From the human T2T-CHM13v2.0 reference genome, Homo sapiens, in the NCBI GenBank assembly GCA_009914755.4, contig CP086569.2, forward strand, positions 15,200,001 to 15,264,000: a stretch of DNA of 64,000 bases, read 5' to 3'. Of the stretch, positions 50,431-61,989 are shown piece by piece. The position numbers and the translations under genes are program-made. Numbering within the stretch: the stretch's first letter is position 1; every line of letters begins with the position of its first letter. The notes below the pieces were generated by a model, which saw only the letters and a program-made list of their open reading frames with translations, did not search any database and was not told the origin of the DNA.

Positions 50431-51911
50431 GGCACCTTACGGTTCCTTGACTATCTCTTTGTCTGGTTGCTTTTGGGCCAAAGGGAGAGACCTTACTAGC
50501 GGGAGAGAGAGATTTGGGGAGACCTGAGTATGGAGGTGGAGAAGTTCTACAATTCTAATCACTGATCCCAGACAGGAAAGCTGGTAATTAAAGTAGACTC
50601 TACAATCTGAGGTAAGTTTAGGGCAAAAAAAGGAAAAATGTCATAGACCTTCTATCAGCCACTGGCATGCCCTTTGAGGTCCCAGACAGTGCCTAGGGTA
50701 TAGGTTATGAGGGACAGGTCCTGTATAAGTATAGTGATATCCATTTGCATAAGAATAAGGCTGGGGGCACCATGAGCAAGGGTCTTTGGATTGCCACCCC
50801 ACTCAACTTAGGTTCCTAGCCAAAAGATTCTTAGACTCAGGGGTAGGAAAGATCCTAGAGGATAGGGCCTCAAGAAAGTCTTCTCTGAGGACATTAGGAC
50901 CCAGGAGGCATGGGTCAGAAAAGACAGAGAATGCACATATGGGCAGCTGCAGAGTAGAGGCTTCTCACTGTGCCATGATCTAAACCAGGTCAGTGCCAGG
51001 AGTAAGGGATGACAGTTTTCTTCCTCTAGCCAGCCCTCAGCTTTTCCCAGGAAAGGCAGAGAAAAGTGGAACTGGTTCCAGCAGATCAATGCTCTAAGCA
51101 CAGAGGGATGGGGGTAATTAAAGAAAGAGTCCTTTCCCAGAAAGCCTCATACCTGTGTCTTAAGTCCAGTGGCCATGCTTGTCACTTTTAAATGGCAGAC
51201 AGGTGCCCAGTGTTTTCCTCTAATTTCTGGTGAGAAGATAGAAGAGAATAGCAAGCGAAAGGGGTCCAATGTTACTCACTGCTATGGATAATCCCTATAT
51301 GGGCGACCAGAAATGAGATGAAAATTCTTCTCCTGATCTAAGGTCTTTTCTCAATTGAAGGGTTTCTGGTCTCAAAGGCTTCAAGGAATGTAGTCATGGA
51401 CCAGTGGTGAGTGTTACAGCTCAATTAGAGAAGGGCACCAACCCAAAGAGTGTGTGCTGGCAAGATTTATTAAAGCCAAAGTGAAAGTAAAACTTCCACG
51501 CGGTGGAAGGGGACCCAGAAGGGTTGTCATTTCTGGCTTGGGTGTCTTATGCTTATATCCCCTTATGACTTCCCCACCTTTTCCTTTTTCTGTCCTATAG
51601 GATTAGCTTATTTTCTATCTGTGGGTTGGCAGGCCTGATTGATTAAAAACATCAGGCTGCAGCTAGAGCTTAAATTACTAATATGATTGGTTGATGTTTC
51701 AATCCCTTAGTTTGCAGCTGTGACTCATTTCGGCTTAGGAGAAAGTCCCCTTTGATTAGTTGAAGTTTCAATCCCTTAGCTTGCAGCTATGAGTCATTTT
51801 GGCTTAGGGAAAAGCCCCTTGGGGAAGTCCCTATAGACCCAGGAAGTCCAGCCAACTTAGCCACTTAGTCCGTCAGTAGTATTTGCATTTAACCTACATA
51901 CATCCTCTTAT

Positions 51912-53348
51912 ATACAGTTAGCCCCATGTTCTACATCTGTGGATTCAACCAATATTGGATCCAGATATTTGGAGAAATCAAGAGCATCTATAATGAACAA
52001 TAAACACCTTTTTTGTAACTATGTACATAACTATGTACTTAACTACTACACAGTGTTTACATTGTATTAGGTATTATGAGTACAATTATGTACCACCTAA
52101 CAATGTTTTGGTCAATAACAGATCACATATATGCTGGTGGTCTCATAAGATTACAATGCCATATTTTTACTGTACCTTTTCTATGTCTAGCTATGTTCAG
52201 ATACACAACATTTACCATCGTGTTGCAATTGATTACAGTAGTAAGTGCAGTAGCATGCTGTTCATGTTTGCAGCCCAGGAGTGGGAGGCTATGATGTATA
52301 GCCTAGGTGTATATAACAGGCTATATCATCTAGGTTTGTGTAAGTACACTCACTAATATTCACACAACAAAAAAAATCATTTAATAGCACATTCTCATAA
52401 GGACTAAGCTCTAATATTTTCTTTCCCAAATTCTCATCAAAGGGGTCTGGGTAGTCATGCCCTACAAACTTGTAACTTCTCATCAAATGCATTTTATTTA
52501 ACCCTACATATCATGATGTACTTTCCAATATGACTCTGGCAAAACATTATGTGACAAAGAAGAAAGTGAAAATATTTTACCCCAAAACATGTTTCTTTGT
52601 CAATTCTTGAAATTACCCTGCAAATCTGTCCTAAGTGGGGGAAAATTTGCATCTGTAAAGAATCTCTATTAACATAGCTAGGTCTTTATCTTCCAGATGT
52701 TCCCTATCTTAAAAAGATTAACTTAAAGTCTAGCATGCTTTAGAAATCTGAACAGAAAATATTTGTCATCTATTTTTTCTAAGAGCTGCCACAATAAGAT
52801 TTCAAGAGAACCTTGGTCTCCACAATCATTTATTTTAACCTGAATATCCCAGGTCTTTAGACAAACTCAACGAATTCTCAACCAGAAAATACTTAAATTT
52901 ACCTATAGCCTGGAAGCCCCATCCCCTCCCACCCCACCCTGACCTTGCTTGAGTTGTACTGACTATCTGGACTAAACCAATATATTTCTTAAATATATTT
53001 GATTGTGGTTTCATGCCTCCCTAAAATGTGTAAAACCAAGTCATACCCCCATCACCTTAGGCACATGTTCTCAGGACCTACTTAGGGCTTTATCATGGGT
53101 CATGGTGACTTATATTTGGCTCAGAATAAATCTCTTCAAACATTTTACTGAGTTTGTCTCTTTTTATCAACACTCAGAACATAGCCCTGTTGTTAAACAA
53201 TACATTATTGTAATCTAGAGAGGATTTAATATATATGGGAGGGTGTGCAGAGGTTATATACAGATACGACACAATTTCATATCAAGACGTTGAACATGCA
53301 TGGATTTTGGAATACTCTGGAGGTCCTAGGACCAATCTCCTACTGGTA
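51912..53348 (-). mobile_element. Tigger-like (TcMar) DNA transposon split into two terminal pieces, 51912-52375 and 53195-53348, by about 820 bp of unrelated sequence
   Basis: The left piece begins cagttagccccatgttctacatctgtggattcaaccaa. The right piece ends ggaggtcctaggaccaatctcctactggtaccaagagacgactgtac. Each reads like one terminal inverted repeat of the transposon, and the interior fragments atctagagaggatttaatatatatgggagggtgtgcagaggttatatac and ggctatatcatctaggtttgtgtaagtacactc also match. The exact family name is not certain. Confidence 0.6.
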
Positions 53349-56300
53349 CCAAGAGACGACTGTACTTTAAATCATCTCTAGTTTTTTGTTTCTGTTTTTA
53401 TTTTTATTTTTAATAATCCCTCATACAGTGTAAATGCTAAGCATAGTTGTTATACTGTATTGGGTTTTGGTTAAGTTTTTATTGTTGTATTTTTATTTTT
53501 AATTTTTAAAAAGTATTTCTGATCTGAGGATGGTTGAAATTGCTGATGTGGAACTGGAAATATAAAAGGCTGACTGGATGTGAAAGTCATCCCAGTAGGA
53601 TAAAGAATATATGCCATGGCGTGAAGGCAGACAATCAACCCAGGTTTGTGTTAAATTGATAAACTTAAGTTATAATTTATTGATACAATACACATGTATT
53701 GTTAACATAGGTGGGACTGAGTTGAATTGAGTTTCATAGCATTTATCAAATGCTGTGTCCCGAAGGGGAAAGGTAGGTTCATGTGTTCTCACTCTTTGAG
53801 GCATGCTTGTATTAGTACTTCCTGACACATCACGGAGGAAGTCAACAAAAGCAGAGAATTATCTCAAAAATTGTTCAAAGACCCCTAATAGTACAAAAAA
53901 TTTTGTTGAATAATCAAGACCCATAGGGGCCCTGTGTTCATGGAACTTCCATTGTCACCAAAGAGATAAAGTGATATAATAGACATTGGTTGTCAAATTA
54001 AATGACAACATGACGTGCTTAACTTGGGAGCCAAGGAGCCCCACGGTGAAATCCTAGCACAATCACTTATCAGTTTTAGATGTTTGGAGAAGGCGCTTAA
54101 ATTCTATTAGCATCAGCTTTCTTATTAAAAAAAATTGAGCTATTAATATTACTTCCATGTGAGTGTTGCTTGGAGAATTATTAAATTCAATGGTATATTC
54201 AGAATGCTTAGCAGAGCACGTGGAAGATCTTTAACTGCTCAATAAATTATAGTTATTATTATTAAGACAACTTACACCTCATAGAAGCTGGAAAACTTGG
54301 GAGAAGCAGTTTATTGAAAAGAAAATTAGCATAGAGTTTTGATAAGTGATGCAGAAAAGTAATGAATTACCATACTTGTGACACAGAATTAGGTCTTTTA
54401 GAAAATAAGGCAGATTATTATTACTTTTAATTCATCCTGTGGGATCTATGCCCAAGGATTCAGAAGAAGCACAGCCAGGATTGAGTTCTCTCTTTGAAAC
54501 AGGATGTAAACACATCTGAGGAACAAAGATCACCCAGGGCAGTTTTTAACCATGTTGACTAATCATACAAATTTTAATGGATGGTGCAAACAAAAATTGC
54601 TGATGCTTCCAAAATCATTAATGATTTCTTTAGTCATGTGAAGACTTGGGAACTATTAAACCATCAACTTATATCTCGCTCAGAATAAATCTCTTCAAAC
54701 ATTTTACTGAGTTTGTCTCTTTTTATCAAAACTCAGAACATAGCCCTGTTGTTAAACAATACATTATTGTAATCTAGAGAGGATTTAATGTAATGTATCC
54801 TTTTCATTCCAATTCCAATAATAAAAATAATTGCACATTAGGAAAAATTGGACAATATAGGAAAGCTAAAACAAGAAAAAAAAATGGAAATCTCTCTTCT
54901 CGAAGAATCAATGTTTCATGTATTTTATCTCAATCTTTCTTCTTCTTGACATTTAAAGGAGAACCATAAACTACACTGAAAATTATTTTACAGAAACTCA
55001 AGACTTTTACCTTTCTTCCTGCGAAGAAAACAAGGTGTTATTTCATTGTCTGTGACAGATGATGTTGAGCAATGTACTCTCACATTCCAAATGTAACATC
55101 TCAGTAAAATACCCAACTTACCGTTGCACCCTTAGAACTGCTATAAAAGACCTTGATATGTTTGAATCCTTGTTCCACTGAAAGGTGAGAGGAAAGGAAA
55201 ATGTGCTCAGTTGTATGACATGAAAAAGATTGTATAAAACAGCCTGATATTGGTAGGTTGAAAGTATACTGATGAAGTGAAACTAACACAATGTGTTGAA
55301 ATAAGACAGATAAGTACACTTTCTGGTCTCTCTCTCTCTTTAGAAAAGCACACCTCTAAAATTTGCTTTGGTTTTTAGTTTGTGAACACTCTGCCTTTTC
55401 TCTTTTCTTCCTTAGAGTGTTCAAAAATGACCTCAGAATGCTACTTGTGAGCTCAATCCATGGATAATTGTGGTAGGAGTTTATCAGCCAGTCTAATACT
55501 CATTCTAATTAAACAAGTCAAAGTTCACTGGGTTTCTCAAAATTATGTCTAGAGCCATCACAGTTTATGGATCCAACAGGAGGTTTGATGAAATACAATC
55601 TGCCCCTAGCTGAGAAGACTGTTGAAAACCTACATGGGCAATTACACTTGTAGGATTTAAGATTGACTCAAGGCACCCTGGATTGGAGAGGATGCCCTGA
55701 GTTGAAGTAAATTCATGAGACCCCATAATACACAGTGTTTTGCTGGGGATGACATAACCAAATTCATGCCTGGTGCTCCTGGATTTCTAGTCTGATTTCT
55801 ACCCTGCCAATCTCTCCACTAGCCAGCTGTCAGTGTACACATGTGCTTCAGTGGTTCTGAGCTTCTCAATACACAGCCCAGGGCAGTAAGGGCCAATCCT
55901 TCAAGCAGATAAAGGAAATTGATAGTGACCCACTTCTGCAGCCCAAGATCTAAACCTTATTAAGAAAAGTGATGCCTATTTATCATCTCCATTCATGTGC
56001 CTTGCAGGGGGAAAAAATGACTAAAGTAAATCCTGCAACGCATGTGCCAGAGACTTGAATTTTACTTGGATTATCTGTAGAGTTAATCTCCAAAGACACA
56101 ACAGATCATAACAGAGCAATGGATCAGTGCCTGGCAGATGCATGTAGGGTGTTCTGCCAGATGTCAGAAGAATACTTCTTCATATCATTACCCTACCTCC
56201 ACTTTACAAACAGATATTAAGAATACAGAGGGGAGATTCTCAAATCACAAGCTTTCAAAGTTAACATCCAAAGAAGCCGTAATCATCACATATATTCCTA

Positions 56301-57342
56301 GACAATATCTCATTTTTTACCATGTATTAGTTAAACACTTAATTGCCCCCAACCCTTTGCTTCACTGGGAACATATCATAATTATGAAACTTCCTAACCA
56401 GTGTACATTCAATATATTTAAATTTCATTTTTTATGATTTCAGCAAGGTTGATGACCAACTTGCTAGACAACTAAATAAAACATATTAAAATTATACATA
56501 GGTAAGAGTAGCTTAATAGGATTTTTCTGACATTTCAGTATTTTGCTGAAACATGCTTTATTTTCAGAGTATGGTAGCTGCTAGATGCAGTCACATAAAT
56601 GAAAAAGGAATTTGGCCATTTTCCTAACCACAAGCATCATTGTTTCTACAGCTGTCTCCCCCACTTCTGTGTTGGGCTCAACCGAAAAGAAAGATTTAAA
56701 TGTGAAGGGAAGTCTGGACCTGGGCTCTGAGAAAGTGTGTGGAAGAAGATGGTAGCATGCACCTCATAGGGCCTAAACAATGAAGCACCTGTCCTTTACA
56801 AATATGAAAGCTAACAGTTATTCATGTTACTCAGGCTCTTTGCCCAGGTTTTAGTTCTTTTCTTTGCCCTGCAGTTTAAAAGTAATGACAATTAAATAGG
56901 AAATATTTTGGGGCATCTTCAGTTTGTAAGATGAGGTGATTAGGAACTGTTGTTTGGGAAGCATTGGAACAGATTGAGATGATTAGTCTAGAAAAGATAT
57001 GTCTTGCTGTTGAACTACATGAAATTTACAGGGCAGAGAAAAAGAATTCTCTTCCATTTCAGAGGAAGGAGCTAGATCTCATAGATAAAAGCCACAGGAG
57101 ACAGAGGTAAGAAAAACATATCCTCTTATAAGACAGAAAAGTTGTCCAAGTCCCCACTTGACCCAGGACATCCAGCTGGCCTCACCTCTCACTCCGCCCT
57201 CTAAACAAGCCACCACAACTGCTGTCAGAAACTGGGCAATGACCACTCTAGCTACTTTCTACTGAATAAGGGCAAAAAGTTTTCCTGCAGTTGTAGTGTC
57301 CTCCAGAGGGGAACTCTCTAGGCCAGTCAAAGGGCCATTGGA

Positions 57343-58456
57343 TCAGTCCAAGGGTCCTGAGTAGAAGTTGTGAGTTGCGCTCATTTGGGGTTCCATTTGT
57401 AAGACCATCTGTAGCTTGATGACCTCAATCCTGGAGGAAAACAAATTTGACAAAGAGGTTAAAATTATAGGTCCTGAAGGTGAATAATAGCAAGATGGGT
57501 GTCATGGGACCAAGAAAAAGGAGAAACCATGTTGCCCAACTCCAGAGGTTGGTATAAGAGTTTGAAAGGAGTTGTCTGATTTCAGAAGTCTTTTTCTATA
57601 AATACTGGGCAGCATCTAGTACTATCCCTGACTGGTTAGTGTAAAAACAACACTCTTCCTCTATAAAGGTTCAAAGTCCTTCATTCTCAGCAGTGAGGAG
57701 GTCTAGGCCTCAGCAGTTTTGGAAAGTCACTGCTGCCAAATAGTCTGTTTGGGATTGCAGAGTAAGGATATAGTTTGCTATTTCTTGAAAACTGTCTGAG
57801 AAATCCTTTGAAAGTCTGTGGTAATAGGATAATGAAGTAGATGACCTGGTTATTCCAGTTCTCTTAGCAGTGGCAATTCCTAACCTAATAAGTAGGCATA
57901 TTAGTTGCATGAGCCTGCACTGACAAACTTGAGTTTTGAGGGGCAATGATAGGGTCTCATTTCCTGGGGCAATGTCAATATTGGGACTTCAGAAGACTAA
58001 GGTGCAGGTTTCTGTCCAGTTGGTGGGGAGGCATATGTAGGTTGAAGTTCCATATAAGAAGAATATGCTTTGGCTGGGTAAATAGAACTGGCGGTGTATG
58101 TTAAAAAGATGTGTGAATTTGTTGTTTTCTTTTTCCCATACTCCTAGAGTACTTGCCAAAGTAGCTCCCGTGAGTGGCTGGAAAGGGGTGTTGGGAGCAT
58201 TTTGTGTTCTATTTTTGCATTGGAGAAAAAAACGTTTTGTATCTACCAGGAACCATTCAAGAGAGTAATTGAAAGAGGGGATGAGAAGGCATTCATTAAT
58301 GGTGGGGGAGCTGCTGCAGGGGTTCCAGGGATGAATGGTCATGCAGGGAGTATGTTTGCAATTGCAAAACCCAGACTGTTTGTTAAGCAGGGAAGTGCCT
58401 CTTGAGTGTTTCATTTGCCTTCTCAAACTTCCCTGAGGATTGTTGCCTTCAGGCAC
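57343..58456 (-). pseudogene. ERV9-like env remnant of fragment B (SU C-terminus plus TM), disrupted
   Basis: See the fragment B entry. A stop follows ...NFYSGPLD at about 57343, leaving about 150 bp to the LTR stub. The ERV9 copy at 20781-20936 has the same spacing. Confidence 0.8.
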
Positions 58457-58919
58457 AGGGAAGGTGATCTTGTATCCCTAGTGCCCTGGAAATTCCCTGA
58501 ATTACCATGGCTTTAAAAGCCAGGCAATTATTGCTTTCTAAGCTTTGGGAAAGCCCATATCTAGGAATTATTTCATGAATTAGGACTTTAACCACTTCCT
58601 GAATCTTCTCTGCCTTGCAGTGGAAGGCTTCGATCCAATTTGTCAAGGTATCAACACAGACCAACAAGTATTGAAATCCCTTTGACTTAGGCATATGGGT
58701 GAAGTCTAACTGCCAGTTGTCTCCAGGATAGTGCCATATTCTTTGTTTCCCCAGAGTGGCCTTATGATGGACCAAGGGATTATTCTTTTGGCACACCTCA
58801 CAGGCTTTGACTTCTTGCTGGATGGTCTGGAGGATATTTGGCCCTTTAAATAGGGATTTGGCCATTTGATAAGTGTTCTCAATACTGATATAAAAAATTT
58901 GCCGGAGAATCTTAAGCAT
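58449..58919 (-). pseudogene. Retroviral integrase remnant of fragment B
   Basis: 156-aa ORF: ...QQEVKACEVCQKNNPLVHHKATLGKQRIWHYPGDNWQLDFTHMPKSKGFQYLLVCVDTLTNWIEAFHCKAEKIQEVVKVLIHEIIPRYGLSQSLESNNCLAFKAMVIQGISRALGIQDHLPCA. It has the zinc-binding HHCC and catalytic-core motifs typical of gamma-retroviral integrase. Confidence 0.85.
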
Positions 58920-61900
58920 TTCCCACTGACTGGCTTTGGGTATGAGTAACTTTCACTCTTCTGACATTAACTACCCTGAAGGGAGAAAACTATTCACCCA
59001 TGAAAGTCCCCATTCTGTTTCAGTCAGGGAATACTGGGGCTTAATCTCTTGGAGAGGGTTGTTCCATACCAAGGGTCCTTCTATAGGTGTTTTCAAAGGA
59101 AGGTTTCACCTGGCAGCAATTTTGGCCTCAGTGTCTGCCTGACATTTTCCTTCTGTTTTTTCTCCTTCACCTTTTGATGGTTTCAGCAGTGTAAGACTGC
59201 CACCTCTTTGAGTTTTTGCACTGTGTGCAATAACTCTATGATTTCCTTGTGATATTTAATGGGGGTTTCCCCAGAGGTTAGGAATTCCCTTTCTTTCCAT
59301 ATTGCAGCATGGGCATGTAGGATTAGATAAGCATACTTGCTATTTGCATAAACTTTTTTTTCCCCTTTCCCAGTTCTAAGGCTCGGGTAAGTGCCACTAG
59401 CTCTGCTAACTGGGTTCTTGTCCCTGGGGGAAGAGGCTTACTTTCAAGTACTGTTACAACACTAACTATGGCATAACCTGCCCTTGATATCACATTCTCC
59501 ACAAATGAACTTCCATCGGTATATAGGTCAAGGTCAGGATTAGCTAAGGGGACTTCTAAGAGATCTTCTCAGGTGAAATAATTTTGGGCTACAGTTTGTT
59601 GGCAGTCATGCTCGACTGGTTCCCCATCCTCTGGGAGAAATTAGCAGGGTTGAGGGTCACATACACATGCGTATTTGAAGCACCGGCCCCTCAAAAGTAG
59701 TGCCTGGCATCTAAGCAGGTGGTTTTCTGATAGCCATACCATAAATTTCCTTTGGCACCTAGTATGCAATTTACATCATGAGGAGTCCAGACACTGAGAT
59801 CCTTTCCTTGTATTATTTTGATAGCCTCTGATACTAAGACAGCCACAGCCAAAACTACCCATGAACAGTGAGGACAGCCTTTTGCTACTACATTAATTTC
59901 CTTACTTAGGTATGTCACGGGTTGTGGGGTTGTCCCACACATTTAAGTAATGGCTCCAAGAGTTATTGCTACTATCTATGTTACATATAAAGAGAAGTTT
60001 TGTCCTGTGGAAAGGCATAAGACTGGTGCTTGTACGAGGGCCTGCTTTAAGGTTTTGTTTAAGGCTGTTTCTGCCTCTGGTTCCCTTTCTACTAGATGAG
60101 TATTTGCCCTCTGGGTCTCCTTGATTAGAGTATAAAGTGGCCTGGCTATCTCCCTGTATCTGGGGATCCATAGTTGGCAAAAGCTTGTGATCCCAAGGAA
60201 AGCTGCAACAATTTTAATGTTTTAGGGCAAGGACAAGTCAGTATAGGCTGTATTCACTTTTTACTGAGGGCCCTGGTTCAGTTGGCTAAGATTATGCCTT
60301 GATATTTGACTTGTAGGTAGAGCTGGGCCATCAATTTAAATGCTTTGTACTCTTGATTAGCTAGAAAGTTCAAGATATCTAGGGTAGCCTGCTGGTATGA
60401 GGCTTTCAAACTGGTAGCCAAAAGTAAATCATCCTCATACAAAGAGATCAGAGTGCCTGAAATTGAGAAGTGACCTAGATCTTGGGCCAGTGCCTGACCA
60501 AATAAGGAGGGCTGTCCCTAAAACCTTGAGGCACGATTGCCCAGTAAGTTGGCAGGTGTGCTGTGGGATCCTCAAAGACAAAGAGAAACTGGGAGTCAGA
60601 GTGCAATGGAATGCAGAAGAAGGCATTCTTGAGGTCCAGAACAGTGAAACATTCTGCTTCCTCTGGTATTTAAGAGAACAGAGTATAGGGGTTGGGTACA
60701 GCTGGATATAGAGGAATTACTGCCTCATGGATGACTCTATGATCTTGCACTAGTCTTCACTGTCCATTCAGTTTTTATACTACTAGAATTGGGGTGTTGC
60801 AGGAACTGCTGCATTTTCTTACTAAGACTTGAACTTTTAAATGTCTACCTCTCTTCTGTAATCCTTTATGAGTTTCAGGCCTTAAGGGATATTGCCTTTG
60901 ATAAGGAAAAGTGGTGGGGTCTTTTAGCCTGATTTGAACTGGGCTGGCATTTTTTTGTTTGTTTTTTTTTTTCTGTATTGTCCTTCCAATGCCCTGAGTT
61001 AAGTGTTGATTCCCTCCTCCAGTATGGAACAAAAAATGGTTAACTTGTTCCCCAAATTTATGTAGACAATAGCTCCAGCTTTGGCTAATATATCCCTCCC
61101 TAATAAAGGTGTGGGACTTTCAGCCATAACAAGAAAGTTATGTGAAAAGGGGAAAGTCTCCCAATTACAGCTGAGGAGGTGGGAGAAATACCTGGTAACA
61201 GGCTGTCCCAGGATTCCTCACATGGTAAGAGATCTTGAGGACAGCTGTCTAGGGCAGGAGATTAACACTGAGAAGCTCACACCAATGTCCAGGAGGAAAT
61301 CAATTCTGTGGCCCTCAATGATTAAACTTACCCTGGGCTCAGTGTGTGTGATGGCATGAGTTGGTGCTTGCCCTGGGCACCCTCAGTCCTGTTGGATTAT
61401 CTGGTTGAGGGCTACTGGCCCTAAGAACCTTTGTCCTCTGGGGCAGTGTGTCTTCCAGTGATTGCCTTGACATAGTGGATATGGGTGAGGGCATGGCTTG
61501 TTTCTCATTGGAGAATCTTTTTTAAAGTATTCTTGCAAATCACACTCATAACAAGCTATACTGGGTGATTGGCCTGCTCCATTTTCTGTCTTCTCTTAAC
61601 CACCAAGGTTTGTTTCTCTGAGGGCCATGACTAAGGCTGTGGCCTTTCTCTTATCTCACTTTTTTCTTCTCACCTGTCCTTGTTGGTCCCTATTATAGAA
61701 CACCAAGGTTGCAAGGTTTAAGAATGCCTCCAAATTTTGTTCAGGACCCAGGGCTAGCTTTTGGAGCTTTCTCCTGATATCTGCAGCTGACTGGGTAATT
61801 AACTTATCTTTTAGGATCAGTTGACCCTCAAGGGAGTTGGGGGACTGGGGAGTATATTTTCTTAAGGTCTCCCATATATCAGCTACGATGGCTTGGAGAA

Positions 61901-61989
61901 ACAGTGCAAACTGGCAATGTAAACAAGAGTAGGGCATTTATGAATAGTTGAGCAAGGTGAATAGGAGTATGATGAGACAGAAGATAGTA

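Larger units (their letters stand above)
47075..51875 (-). mobile_element. HERV-W (HERV17) provirus, internally deleted, minus orientation: 5' LTR 51314-51875, leader, late gag-pro-RT N-terminus, a deletion, env SU C-terminus plus TM, 3' LTR 47075-47656
   Basis: Two about 570-bp LTRs on the minus strand run from tgagagactaagtggctaagttgtctggacttcctgggtcaatagggac to aataaatcttgccactgcacactcttcaggtccctg...gctataacactcgcagctgtgatccacagctttgttccttgaagcc. This is LTR17-like. The env SU segment TTALVGPLVSSLEITHTSNLTCVKFSTTINAAIFQCKTWITLPPRLSCLPSGIFFVCGFSAYHCLNSSSKSLCFLSFLVPP in the 48361-48720 ORF is near-identical to the Syncytin-1 SU motif VLVGPLVSNLEITHTSNLTCVKFS...VCLPSGIFFVCGTSAYRCLNGSSESMCFLSFLVPP, which I recall from memory. 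Confidence 0.85.
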
